NCBI RefSeq assembly: GCF_009914755.1
Contig: NC_060936.1
From: the human T2T-CHM13v2.0 reference genome, Homo sapiens
Length of the DNA stretch: 64,000 bases
Reading direction: 5' to 3' (one strand)
Shown: piece after piece, positions 43,496 to 61,879 of the stretch
Layout of the letters: every line of letters begins with the position of its first letter
How positions within the stretch are numbered: position 1 is the stretch's first letter
Notes under the pieces: generated by a model
Databases searched by the model: none
The model's input: the letters and a program-made list of their open reading frames with translations, nothing else
What the model was told of the DNA's origin: nothing
Translations under genes and position numbers: made by a program

Positions 43496-45529
43496 GTCTC
43501 TAGCCAAGTAGTAGGAATGTTACACTAAGTTGAATTTGTAAAGCTTAACTTCATATATGCTTTATTTTTGGCTTGGAACACTCTTTGTTCCTTCAACTCC
43601 TTCTAACATTTGCATACTCAATGCCAACATCAATTCCTCGGGAAGCCTAAATTGTAATTTGGTAAGATGCTTTTCACATGTGCTTCTACAGCCTGCTCTA
43701 TTCCTGCTGTTGTAGCATACATCTCACTGGTTCATAGTGGCCAGTACGGACGACATGCCTGTGTTCCTTGCCAGATTGTAAACATGCTTGAAGGTAGAGA
43801 CTATGTCTTGTCAATCACAGCATTCTCAGTGCCTAGAATAATGATTAGCACATCAGAGGTATGCCACTAATAGTTGTGGAATGAATGCATGAACAAATGA
43901 GAAAGCTCATGATGTTGCTTAAAGCTCATTAGAGCCACAGACACAAGGGAAAGAGTCTGGGACACAGAATTAAAACATCTGGATTCAATTCTCATTTTCA
44001 CAATATTTGTGTCATGGTATCTAAGACAAGACTAGTTACTAAAACTTTCCTTTTTTTGTATTTTGATAAAATTGACAATTAACAATACTAAAACTTTCTA
44101 AGCCTGCTTGCTTACCTATACAATGGTATCTTTTCCACAGTGTTTATTAAAACCAAACCAATGAACAAAGCACTTTGTTATACATATAGGATATTTTCAT
44201 TATTGCTATATTATGACCTCAAGCCTTTGAGTCATGTCATTTTTCAAGACTGCATATTGGTCTGTAATCTTTTTCTAATTTTCAACTGTTCTGATGTTTG
44301 ACACTCCATTAATACAATTTTGCCTTTCTGCAAGAACATCTTTGTCATCAAGGCCCCACTCAGATATAGTGAAATAGGAAATCTGTATTCCCATTGCTGA
44401 AGCTCAGGTAATATGCACTGACTCATGAAGCTGAAAGGTCCATGGGAGAGAGCCATCTTCAGTTTGAGATAAGATACTTATTAAAGTAAAGATGACAATA
44501 TCCAGGCCAACAACATGCATATCCAGTGCTAAGGATTCTTGTATGTATTAACACCATGTTTCCTAACTGACTGGTAAGATTGAAATGTTAGTCCTTAAAA
44601 AGGTTAAGAGACCATCAGGGCCTATATCTCTTCCTGTCAATTCCAGAGCAGAGTTTCATTAATAATATCTGCAAGGAGCCAAAGGTCTTAATTATTAAGG
44701 AGAGTTTTTGGCTCTGGGGTATTACAACTACTCCAGATCCTATGGTTGATTTGCCCATAAGCCTAACTATGGTGGATGCTACTCTCTGCTCTCGCTCACC
44801 TTGATGTATTAATTCCCCTGATCTCCTGACATCAGACTAGGGCCAATGACAATGTCCTGGCTTCTCTCTCTCCTTCTCCCTCATTTGCTGCTTTGTTTCT
44901 CTGCAGAGTCTCACCTGGTCATTGTGCGTCCTGCCTTACTCTCATCTTGGAGTTTTCAGTGAGTGGGCCCCATGGCTATGTGCAATGGTAGTTTGCACAT
45001 CATGAGCCTTAGTCAGGAGACCCTAGTAAAGAATCCTTGTTAGTCCCCGCAGCCTCTGTTTTAGTTGTCCTTCTATCACTAAGGTGGTTAGTTTTGCCCA
45101 CCTCTCAATTTTAACAAAGATCTGTGGCTGAGCCCAGTGCACACAATATGATGCCTCTGGCTCCACCCCCAGCAGTCAGCCATCATCCTTCTGTTCCTTA
45201 AGCACGCTGCATAGCAACCTTTTTCTGCTCAGCCAAACCTCACATGAGCTCTGGCCTACCAGGGCCTTTTCTCACATTATCTTTCTAGAACTTTAGAATG
45301 ACTAATTTTGATTTCTCAAACCCACTTTCCATGGTCTTGTTGGATTTTAATAGGTATGTTTGTGGGGTGACAATCACTTATGTTTTTCCTCATGGTTTTG
45401 TCATGTCTAAAGATAAATTTATTTTACTTAACAGGTGAAAGTGATAAAGTTTCTATATTACTTATTAATCTCTTTTAGGAATGACAGAAACTGCTAGGTG
45501 TTCCCTGATATCTCATCTTCTCTTCTTTT

Positions 45530-45920
45530 GTCAGTAATAGGGTTTCTAAGTTTTAGCTGAGCAAATGGCTGCCCAGTTAAGAACCACATTTCCCAGCCTC
45601 CCTTGCAGCAAGGTGTAGCCATAGGACCAGGTTCCAGCCAATGGGAAGTGAGATGTGACTGTGTTCCAGGATGTGCTCTTAAAAAGAATGGCTGTGCCCA
45701 CCTCTCCCTCATTTCCCCCTTGCTGGTGGAATGTGGGCTCAGAACTGGTAAGCCATCTTCAACCATGCAGACCAGGGCATCAAGCCATGAGATAGATGAA
45801 GCCTAGGTTCCTAAAATCTTCAGGGATTTCTCAAGAGATTGAGAAAGAAACTTCTATCGTATTTATGTGAGCATTGTGAGTTTGGGCCTTTGATACAATG
45901 ACTGAATTGGTATTCCAATA
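45530..45920 (+). mobile_element. MLT1-like MaLR LTR
   Basis: ccacatttcccagcctcccttgcagcaaggtgtagccat...aataaacttcta-like end. Confidence 0.55.
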
Positions 45921-48164
45921 GGCCTTTTCATTTGAGAGGACTGCGCCAATGTATCTGTCTTGAACTGTTTTTATAAGAAGTGGCTATTTAAAGTAGGTAT
46001 GTGCAGATGTAAATTTTATAAAACTACAACCAACCATTACCCAATACTCAAACAAAGTATTCATTTTTCTAAAAAGTACTAAATCATGATTAAACATGAG
46101 AGTTTTTAAAAAGGTCATCAGGATATTCAAAAGGTGTCTAAATATAAACCCTTAAGTTAGTTTTTTTTTTTCATGGCCTGTATATTTGCCAAAGTATTAA
46201 AACTTATATTTTTGTGGTTTTAATGTTCCAATGATCATGAAGAATTAACATGAAATTGTTCTGGTAGAAAGAAATGATAGGAGTAGGAGTATTAAGAAGC
46301 TTAGGAAAAGGATGCCAGATCCTCTGCCATCATTAATTTAGAGGGTGTGAGAGAGAGCATCCACAGCTTCTACAGTATGCTTCTGTGACTGGAAACTAGA
46401 ATAAGTCTCTCTTTAAGTACAACTTGCCCCATTAAGGCTTGAAAAAACAACAGGTGTAATATTTCCATTTGGGGGATGCAAATATGCAATTAATGAATCT
46501 TTTTTAAAACTTAAAGTAGAAAGCTTTACAGTTCTGAGGTAAGATTAATTTAAAGTCATGGTTAAGGGAAGAGGCAGTGTGGTGCTACACAAGGCTCAAG
46601 GCTGGAGCTGAGGACCAGCTAGAGGGTGGTTCTTGCTATATCATCAACTCAGCATGTGGCCCGAGCCATCATCTCCCTTAGACCTCATTTTCTTCACTTG
46701 TAAAATGAAGAGATTTGAATAAAATTTCCCTAGTCATTACAATCTGTGAATCTACAGAGAAATAATGATGCCAGTTAAGTAGCTAGCCAGAGAAAGTTAA
46801 GGCAGGTTAACCAACTTTATGAAAATATACAGTAGCTAGAATCTAAATCCCAGTATCCTACAATCAATAGAAGAGATGAGTAGCTAGATAGAAAAGTGAT
46901 TCTTGATAACTATGTTTATGAAGGTGGGATAAAAATCCTCAGACCTTCAAATATTTGTATGACAATAACAATATCCTTTAAAGACTGAGTTTGGAGGGAT
47001 GGCTTCCACCTTCAAAGAGACATCACATAATATGAAGCTTCCACATTAAGAAGTTTCCAGGGCACAACTACAACTTTCTAGCAAGATTCTATCATAGTAA
47101 GGTCCTAATCTAACTAACCAGAAAAAAAATGATGAAGAAAAGAGGATGTTTATCTCATGAAAGACAATCAGGGCTTATTGACAACAGTCTACAGAACATG
47201 AGCTCAGTCTTGTATTCTCTCACCTCAGTAGCCCACAGTTTCACTTACCTCAGTCACTCTTAAATCCAGCACACATCATTCCCCCAAGCTCCTATCTGTC
47301 ACTTAGAACAATTTTTGGATATCTCCTAGGAACACTGACACATGTCCCAAACTGAAGAGTGAGACCACCCTACTCCACTGCTTCTGCAGGTTTCCTTCTC
47401 CAGTGATGGGTTCACGCTGCCCTCCATCACACAGACCAGAAACCCAGGAGCCATCCCTGGCTCCATCTTCTCCCAGATCCTTATAAATTCCTCTTGATTT
47501 TACCCCCTAAATAGCTCTCAATTTCATCCTTTCTTTCCATCTCCATGATCACCACCTTAGCCCAACTTACCATCATCTGATTTCCCCACATCCTCTCATG
47601 CCCTTCACCTTCCCCAATCCAGAGTGATCCTTTAAATTGAATATCTCATCACGTTAATCCCAAGCTTAAAAGCTTTCCACAGCTGTTCTGGTAATGGAGT
47701 ACAGGTTCTTAACATGGTCTACAAGGACCTGCATGATCTGGCTTCTGCTTCCTTCACCAGTTTTGTCTTCCACCATTCTGCCCTGCTTCTCTCTGTTCCA
47801 GTCCTGAACTCCTATTTTAGTCATTCAAAATGCTGTCAGCCGCTGCTACAGTGCCTTCATTTATGTTGTTCTCTCTACACAGAATGCCCCACCTCTTCCT
47901 GTCCCTTCCTTCACCTACTTTTTTTTTTTTTTAACAACTGCTCTGCTCAAATGTCACATCCTCAGGGATTACTGCCCTGACCTGCAAACTATGTCAACCT
48001 ACCCATTATACACTTTAATAGAACCCTATGTGAATGCAGTGGACACGATGAAGAGGACATTGTTTGGCTCTAGGAGAATCTACCAGACCTGCTCATCTGC
48101 AGGGGACTCTGGGCAAATTATGTTGACTGACAGCTGAACAAGAACCATGGGGTAGAGTATGCTG

Positions 48165-48640
48165 TTTAAGTCAGGGTCCCAGCAAGCAACACATGGTACA
48201 CTCAAATTAGGATAACTTGAGAAGAGTTTAATAAAGGAACAATTTAGAAAGGTGTGAGAAGCTTATAGGGAAACTACAAGGGATGATACCGTACTCTGGG
48301 GGCAGAAATAATAGGGACCATACCCTACTAAGCCTGAAAAGGCAAAGAATAGAATTGCTAGTAGAACCAGGATTCAGAAAAGCCTAAAGTGATGAGGGCT
48401 CCTTGACATGAGCTGGGACCTTCAGTCAAGGGACCAGTTTCAGTGAACCCACAAGGACGAAGTCGGGAGAGTAATACTTTTCATCATTGTCCTCCCTTCC
48501 TCTGATCGACTGCCATGATTCCCTACTAGCCAAACTCAACTGGAAGCCAGAAGGCTTGAGAGCCCATAGTGTAGACCATATAGGTCATGGCAGAGCAGCA
48601 AGAAGGGTGGCAAGTGGCTCTGGAGGTAAAAAGGAGGGTA
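48165..48640. mobile_element. MLT1-like MaLR LTR
   Basis: tgtttaagtcagggtcccagcaagcaacacatgg...gccaaactcaactggaagccagaaggc. Confidence 0.5.
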
Positions 48641-48804
48641 TTCTTATTTGTATTTATCTCTACTCATCTTTACACAAAAATCTTGAGGCTGTTTGCTTGA
48701 AACAAAATAAGTAATACAAAGAAACAACCAGGAAGAGTCTACAAATGCCCTACCACAAGGGTTAACAGAGGTGCAGTTTGACTCCACTGCAAGCATGACA
48801 CTGG

Positions 48805-49040
48805 ACTATAAGTAAATCCATAGGTACAGAAAGTAGAAGTACAATTAGTAGTTACCAGGGTTGCTGGGGAGGGAAAAATGACTGCTTAATGGATACAAGG
48901 TTTCCTTTTGGGATGATAAAAATGTGCTGGAGTTAGACAGAGGGAATATTTGCACAACTCTGTGAATGTACTAAGTGCCACTGAATTGTATCTTTAAAAT
49001 GATTAATTGTATGTTATGTGAATTTTGCTCCAATAAAAAG
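48805..49040 (+). mobile_element. L1MB-like 3' end fragment
   Basis: aaatccataggtacagaaagtag...ttttgggatgataaaaatgtgctgg...tgaatgtactaagtgccactgaattgta...caataaaa. Confidence 0.75.
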
Positions 49041-51348
49041 AATGACTCAATTTCCCAGCAACCTGAATAATAAAGGAAACATAATCAATTATGCAGTTCT
49101 CACTATTGGAAAGGAGAAAGTCTACTAGTCTCTATGGTGGAAATAAAGATGATTCTAGCAGAGAGCTCTAAAAGATATCCCTCTCATGGGCTTTTATATA
49201 CAGATGGTGGTAAATGATATAATGGATAATGCCCTCAACACATTTTATGATAGGATGCAGAGGTAGTTTCCAACATCTGTTCCCTGATCAAGGTTGAGAT
49301 ATAAGATTAAAAAGCAAATCAATGATGGTGTCTCTAGAATGGGACGAGATAATGTATTGGTCAACATGATCTAAAGGTGGATCCCAGGGTCAACAGACTG
49401 AATATCTCTTGGGATCTTTGTTAGATGTCAATCTTTTCTCTCACTTAGGTTTTGAAAAGAAGCTGGATATTAGACAATTCAAGGAAGTCCCCTGTGATAA
49501 GGCACTCTTATGCTGGCATTTTACATAAGTGACTAGGACCAGATCCATATGCTTTGGGCATCAGATGAATCAGCAGCAGCATTAATGTACTATCAGGAGG
49601 CTGGGGAAGCCTAATTATATTCTTGCTAGGATAGAAGTCTGTCCACCTCATAGTCCCATGGAAGTGGACTTTCTAAGTTGTCATCCATTCAACAACATGA
49701 ACTTAAAAACTATATTTACTAACTGCCAACTATATGCCATGCACATTGAAAGGTAGTGGGGATTCAAAGATGGACATTTACTATTCCTTCTTTCCTTCTA
49801 GTAACCCCTTGGGATCCCATGCCAAGAAGGTGGGGAGTAGTGCTGAACTCCTTGATTCCACTAAAGAAATATATTCTATTGAATCTCATGAAGTTTCTAG
49901 TTACTTTTTTCTTTTTAACATACTGTTTGCAACTCCTCTCTTCCTGCCCAATGAAATCTTTAATATAGTATGGTCAAAATGCTTACAAAAATATTGAGTT
50001 ATCTGGTGGCTGGCAAGATGGTCAAATAGGAACAGCTCCAGTCTGCAGCTCGCAGCAAGATCAACACAGAAGGCGGGTGATTTCTGCATTTCCATCTGAG
50101 GTACATGGCTTATCTCACTGGGACTGGTTAGACAGTGGGTGCAGCCCATGAAGGGCAAGCCGAAGCAGGGTGGGGCGTTGCCTCACCCAGGAAGCACAAG
50201 GGGTTGGGGAACTCCCTCCCCTTGCCAAGGGAAGCCATGAGGGACTGTGCTGTGAGGAATGGTGCACACTAGCCCAGATACTACGCTTTTCCCATGGTCT
50301 TCATAACCTGCAGACAAGGAGATGCTCTCTGGTGCCTAGGCCACCATGGCCCTGGGTTTCAAGCACAAAACTGGGCGGCCACTTGGACAGACACTGAGCT
50401 AGCTACAGAAGTTTTTTTTTCATACCCCAGTGGTGCCTGGAATGCCAGTGAGAGAGAACCATTCACTCCCCTGGAAAGGAGGCAGGAACCAGGGAGCCAA
50501 GTGGTCTAGCTCAGCAGACCCCAGCCCCATGGAGCCCAGCAAGCTAAGATCCACTGGCTTGAAATTCTCACTGCCAGCATAGCAGTCTAGAGTCGACTTG
50601 GGATGCTGAAGTTTGGTGGGGGGAGGGGCGTCCCTCAATACTGGGGCTTGAGTAGGCAGTTTTCCCCTCACAGTGTAAACAAAGCCACTGGGAGGTTTGA
50701 ACTGGGCAGAGGCCACTGCAGCTCGGCAAAGCTGCTGTGGCCAGACTGCCTCTCTAGATTCCTCCTCTCTGGGCAGGGCATCTCTGAAAGAAAGGCACCA
50801 GCCCCAGTCAGGAGCTTAGAGATAAAACTCCCATCTCCCTAGGACAGAGCACCTGGGGGAAGGGGCAGCTATGGGTGCAGTTTCAGCAGACTTAAATGTT
50901 CCTGCCTGCTGGCTCTGAAGAGAGCAGCAGATCTCCCAGCACAGTGCTTCAGCTCTGCTAAGGGACAGACTGCCTCCTCAAATGGGTCCCTTGAGGGGAC
51001 AGTGCTTCCTGACTGGGAGACAACTCCCAGCAGGGGTCGACAGACACCTCTTACAGGAGAGCTCCAGCTGGCATCGGGTGGGTGCCCCTCTGGGACGAAG
51101 CTTCCAAAGGAAGGAACAGGCAGCAATCTTTGCTGTCCCACAGCTTCCACTGGTGATATCCAGGCAAAGAGGGTCTGCAGTGGACATCCAGCAAACTCTA
51201 GCAGACCTGCAGCAGAGGGGCCTGGCTGTTAGAAGGAAAACTAACAAACAGAAAGGAATAGCATCAACATCAATGAAAGGACGTCCACAAAGAAACTCCA
51301 ACCGAAGGTCACCAACATCAAAGACCAAAGGTAGATAAATCCATGAAG

Positions 51349-52368
51349 ATGAAGAAAAACCAGTGCAAAAAGCCTAAAAATTCAAAAACCGGAATGTCTC
51401 TTCTCCTCCAGAGGATCACAGCTCCTCGCCAGCAAGGGAACAAAACTGTACAGAGAATGAGTTTGATGAACTGACAGAAGTAGGCTTCAGAAGATGGGTA
51501 ATAACAAACTCCTCTGAGCTAAAGGAGCATGTTCTAACCCAATGCAAGGAAGCTAAGAACCTTGAAAAAAGGTTAGATGAATTACTAACTAGAATAACCA
51601 GTTTAGAGAAGAACATAAATGACCTGTTGCAGCTGAAAAACAGCTTGAGAACTTTGTGAAGCATACGGAAGTATCAATAGCCAAACTGATCAAGCAGAAG
51701 AAAGGATATCAGAGATTGAAGATCAGCTTAATGAAATAAAGTGTGAAGACAAGATTAGAGGAAAAATAATAAGGAACAAACAAAGCCTCCAAGAAATATG
51801 GGACTATGTGAAAAGACCAAACCTACATTTGATTGGTGTACCTGAAAGTGACAGAGAGAATGGAACTGAGCTGGAAAACACTCTTCAGGATATTATCCAG
51901 TAGAACTTACCCAACCTAGCAAGGCAGGCCAACATTCAAATTCAGGAAACACAGAGAATGCCCCAAAGATACCCCTTGAGAAGAGCAACTCCAAGACACA
52001 TAATTGTCAGATTCACCAGAGTTGAAATGAAGGAAAAAATGTTAAGGGCAGCCAGAGAGAAAGGTCGGGTTACCCACAAAGGGAAGCCCATCAGATTAAC
52101 AGCTGATCTCTTGGCAGAAGCTCTACAAGCCAGAAGAGAGTGGGGGCCAATATTCAACATTCTTAAAGAAAAGAATTTTCAACCCAGAATTTCATATCCA
52201 GTCAAACTAAGCTTCATAAGTGAAGGAGAAATAAAATACTTTACAGACAAGCAAATGCTGAGAGACTTTGTCACCACCAGGCCTGCCCTACAAGAGCTCC
52301 TGAAGGAATCACTAAACATGGAAAGGAACAACCGGTCCCAGCCACTGCAAAAACATGCCAAATTGTAA
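51349..52368 (+). pseudogene. Disrupted L1 ORF1
   Basis: Track ORF 51958-52368 (RATPRHIIVRF...REWGPIFNILKEKNFQPRISYP...QKHAKL) is the ORF1p C-terminus. The upstream part is broken by stops and frameshifts. Confidence 0.9.
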
Positions 52369-52431
52369 AGACTATCGATGCTAGGAAGAAATTGCATCAA
52401 CTAACAAGCAAAATGACCAGCTAACATCATA

Positions 52432-56305
<3,874 letters not shown>

Positions 56306-56589
56306 ACAATGAGAACACTTGGACACAGGAAGGGGAACATCACACCCTGGTGCCTGTTATGGGGTGCAGCAATGGGGGAGGGATAGCATTAGGAAATATA
56401 CCTAGTGTAAATGACGAGTTAATGGGTGCAGCACACCAACATGGCACAAATATACATATGTAACAAACCTGCACGTTGTGCACATGTACCCTAGAACCTA
56501 AAGTATAATAAAAAATATATATTAAAAAAAGAAAAAGAAAAAAAAGAGAAAGAAACTGTAGCCCTAAAATGTGAGAGATAAAACAGAAA

Positions 56590-59374
56590 AAAAAATCAAT
56601 GAATCCAGGAGCTGGTTTTTTGTAAAGATTAACAAAATAGATAGACCACTAGCCAGACTAATAAGGAAGAAAAGAGAAAAGAATCAAATAGACACAATAA
56701 AAAATGATAAAGGGGATATCACCACTGATCCCACAGAAATACAAAATACCATCAGAGAATACTATAAATACCTCTATACAAATAAACTAGAAAATCTAGA
56801 AGAAATGGATAAATTCCTGGACATATATACCCTCCCAAGACTAAACCAGGAAGAAGTTGAGTCCCTGAATAGGCCAATAACAAGTTCTGAAATTGAGGCA
56901 GTAATTAATAGTCTACCAACCAAAAAAAAGCCCAGGACTGGACAGATTCACAGCCGAATTCTATTACAGGTACAAAGAGGAGCTGGTACCATTCCTTCTG
57001 AAACTATTCCAAACAGTAGGAAAAGAGGGACTCCTCCCTAACTCATTTTATGAGGCCAGCATCATCCTGATACCAAAGCCTGGCAGAGACACAACAAAAA
57101 AAGAAAATTTCAGTCCAGTATCCCTGATGAACATCAATATGAAAATCCTCAATAAAACTCTGACAAACTTAATACAGCAGCACATCAAAAGCTTATCCAC
57201 AATGATCAAGTAGGCTTCATCCCTGGAATGCAAGGCTGGTTCAGCATATGCAAATCAATAAATGTAATCCATCACATAAACAGAACCAATGACAAAAACC
57301 ACATGATTATCTCAATAGATGTAGAAAAGGCCTTCAATAAAATTCAACACCCCTTCATGCTAAAAACTCTCAATAAACTAGGTATTGATGGAACGTATCT
57401 CAAAATAATAAGAGCTATTTATGACAAACCCACAGCCAATATTATACTGAATGGGCAAAAATTGGAAGCATTCTCTTTGAAAACCAGCACAAGACAAGGA
57501 TGCCCTCTCTCACCACTCCTATTCAACATAGTATTGGAAGTTCTGGCCAGGGCAATCAGGAAGAGAAAGAAATAACGGGTATTCAAGTAGGAAGAGAGGA
57601 AGTCAAATTGTGTCTGTTTGCAGATGACATCATTGTATATTTAGAAAACCTCATCATGTCAGCCCCAAATCTTTTTAAGGTGATAAGCAACTTCAGCAAA
57701 GTCTTAGGATACAAAATCAATGTGCAAAAATAACAAGCATTCCTATACACCAATAATAGAAAGCCAAATCATGAGTGAACTCTCATTCACAACTGCTACA
57801 AAGTGAATAAAATACATAGGAATACAACTTACAAGGGATGAGAAGGACCTCTTCAAGGAGAACTACAAACCACTGCTCAAGAAAATAAGAGAGTACAAAA
57901 ACAAATGGAAAAACATTCCATTCTCATGGATAGGAAGAATCAATATTGTGAAAATGGCCATACTACCTAAAGTTATTTATAGGTTCAGTGCTATCCTCAT
58001 CAAGCTACCACTGACTTTCTTCACAGAATTAAAAAAAACTAGTTTAAATTTCATATGGAAACAAAAAAGAGCCCATATAGCCAAGACAATCCTAAGCAAA
58101 AAGAACAAAGCTGGAGGCATCATGCTATCTGACTTCAAACTATACTACAAGGCTACAGTAACCAAAACAGCATGGTACTGGTATCAAAACAGAGATATAG
58201 ACCAATGGAACAGAACAGAGGCCTCAGAAATAATACCACACATCTACAACCATCTGATCTTTGAAAAACCTGACAAAAACAAGCAATGGGGAAAGTATTC
58301 CCTATTTAATAAACAGTATTGGGAAAACTGGCTAGCCATACACAGAAAACTGAAACTGGACCCCTTTCTTACACCTATACAAAAATTAACTCAAGATGGA
58401 TTGAAGACTTAAATGTAAGACCTAAAATTATCAAAACTCTAGAAGAAAACCTAGGCAATATTATTCAGGACAGAGGCATAGGCAAAGACTTCATGACTAA
58501 AATACCAAAAGCAATGGCAACAAAAGCCAAAATTAACAAATGGGATGCAATGGCAACAAAAGCCAAAACTAACAAATGGGATCTAATTAAACTAAAGAGC
58601 TTCTGTGCAGCAAAAGAAACTATCATCAGAGTGAAGAGGCAACCTACAGAATGGGAGAAAATTTTTGCAATCAATCCATCTGACAAAGGGCTAATATCTA
58701 GAATCTACAAAAAAAAAAAAACAAATTCACAAGAAAAAAAAAGCAACCCCATCAAAAAGTGGGCAAAGGATATGAACAGACACTTCTCAAAAGAAGACAT
58801 TTATGTGGCCAACAAACATCTGAAAAAAAGCTCATCATCACTGGTCATTAGAGAAATGCAAATCAAATCCACAATGAGATACCATCTCATGCCAGTTAGA
58901 ATGGTGATCATTAAAAAGTTAGGAAACAACAGATGCTGGAGAGGATGTGGAGAAACAGAGATGCTTTTACACTGTTGGTGGAAGTGTAAATTAGTTCAAC
59001 CATTGTGGAAGTCAGTGTGGCAATTCCTCAAGGATCTTGAACCAAAAATATCATTTGACCCAGCAATCCCATTACTGGGTATATACCCAAAGGATTATAA
59101 ATCATTCTACTATAGAGACATATGTACACGTATGTTTCTTGCAGCACTGTTCACAATAGCAAAGACTTGGAACCAACCCAAATGCCCATCAATGATAGAC
59201 TGGATAAAGAAAATGTGGCGCATATATACCATGGAATACTATGCAGTCATAAAAAAGGATGAGTTCATGTCCTTTGCAGGGACATGGATGAAGCTGGAAA
59301 TCTTCATTCTCATCAAACTAACACAGGAACAGGAAACCAAACACCGCACGTTCTCACTCATAAGTGGGAATTGA
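56590..59374 (+). pseudogene. Disrupted 3' portion of a second L1 ORF2 (older, L1PA7-like)
   Basis: Track ORFs 56571-57041, 57228-57575, 57948-58412 and 58319-59374 repeat the same ORF2 segments seen at 53545-56300, with different diagnostic bases. Confidence 0.92.
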
Positions 59375-61289
59375 ACAATGAGAACACATGGACACGGGGA
59401 GGGGAACATCACACATCTGGGCCTGTCGGGGGGTGGGAGGCTAGGGGAGGGATAGCATTAGGAGAAGTACCTAATGTAGAAGACAGGTTGATGGGTGCAG
59501 CAGACCACCATGGCATGTGTATACCTATGTAACAAACCTGTATGTTCTGCACATGTATCCCAGAACTTAAAGTATAATAAGAATAATAAATATTGAGTTA
59601 TCTAATATGATATGATTTCCAGGTTTCCAGAAAAATTACTCAAGCATGTCAAAAGATCCACAGAAGGTGCCTGATGCTCCCTGTCCATAAGGGCTATAGA
59701 AAGCAATTATTGTTACCAAATAACTACAACAATAACTGTCAAGGGAATGGCAGTGTCAGTGAGACTTCTAGGCATCTGAGGATGCTGAGCCTGATGAGCT
59801 GACATGGCTGGGATGAGCTTATTAGATGAGATAGAATTTGATTGGAATGTTTCTCATTTGACTTTATTTTAATGAGCTCTAGGAGAACAACAAAACTATT
59901 TTAGCAACTACTGTTTTCCAGCATTATCCATGTGGCAGTCACTTTCTGCATCACAGAAGGGAATCTACGAATGTTAATGTTTAATTGATCATTAGCCTTT
60001 TCTGGCAATTGTTTTCCATAATAAATGTTTCCCCACAACAACATCAAAGCAGCTCATACTGCCTTGTGGTATTAAGCCTGTTTCCCTAGCTGCCACCCAA
60101 TTCCATTCACAGAGGGATTTATGAAAAGTAGGATTCCAAAAGCCCTGGCTTTATTCCAAGATGTCTAATAAGATGCATAGGAAAATAAAGGCAGGGAGAC
60201 AGGCTGGATAAATGGGGCACTCTTATTTAAGAAAGTGCAAGAGAAAAATTGGAGTGTGTCAAAATGAGAAAAATAGAGGAAAAATCAGGAAGAAATAATC
60301 AAGAGCCCATCCCTAGACAGAAGATTAGTTTATCCTGCTGAAATGAAGCATGGTTGAGAAAAATGGATGATACAGATATAAATTATTCATGGTTAAAGAC
60401 ATCTCAGTCATTAAGATATTTACACCATGAGTGAAGCCCATGCATGCTGGGTTGATTTATGGGCTACATAATTACAGAAGATACGCTGATGACTGTTTGC
60501 ATGGGAAACACTCTGGATTTTTATTTTGTTAATCAGTTTTCCCACTTCTGAGTCCTGCATTGCAATCACAGTGCAAGGCTTGATTAGAACCTCCCGGGGG
60601 TAGTGGAAAGGCTGTGCATGGTAATATCAACTTTGCCTGCCTTACATTCCTTTAGATAAGAAAGTACCTTTTGGGAGCCTTTCAACTTGCTCGTTAGTTA
60701 ACAGTATTTTTATTAATAGTACCTATTCATATAATGCTATTAATAATTTCAACCCTTTTCAGATAAACCAAACCCCAATACATTTTTTTAAATATTTTTT
60801 AAATTGCTGATTTATTTTTTTTCTATTGAAATAAAGTGCTTGGGAAAGACTCACCTAAAAGTGCACCTTCCAATGTTCAAATAAGCTTCGTCTTAAATCC
60901 TAACTTTTCCCCAGGGAGTTAAAGGAGACACAGCATGAATATTTATTGTATTGCAAGAAGAGTACAAAGCAAGTGAAACTCGATAATACTTCCCATGCTA
61001 ACTTGAGTTTGGATAAAGCATGTTTAATTATTGACTCCCACTCTCTGCAGCAGGCTCACCCTGGTAATTGCATTAATTTTGGAATAACTTGACCCCTTAT
61101 TTTACATGACAGATTTTTTTGGTACCCTGCTTATTAGGTAATAGTATTTTAAAAACTTTTTATGGAAGTATATCAACATGCAGAGAATGCATAAATCACA
61201 AGTTTACAATTTGATACATTTTCATAAACTGAATATATCTGTGTAACCACACCAAGACCCAGAAATAGAACATTACCAGCATCAAATAA

Positions 61290-61639
<350 letters not shown>

Positions 61640-61879
61640 CATTATCCTAACTTCTAACAGGATAAGTTAGCTTTGCTTACTGTTTTCCTTTTTAGAAATA
61701 CTATTTATACTCTTCTTTGGCTTCTTTTGCACAATATTAGGATTGTAAGAGTCATGCATATTGTTAGGGGTAATTTATTATAATTGCTATATTGTATTTC
61801 ATGAGGTGACCCATGCTATAATTCATCCATTCTACCTAAGTTTTTCTGGGTTTTGGCTATTACAAATATTTCTGCTATG

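Noticed and set aside
58319-59374. Longest ORF (351 aa) as a functional gene
   Set aside because: It is the C-terminal fragment of a dead L1 ORF2, entered through a frameshift and lacking the EN and RT domains.
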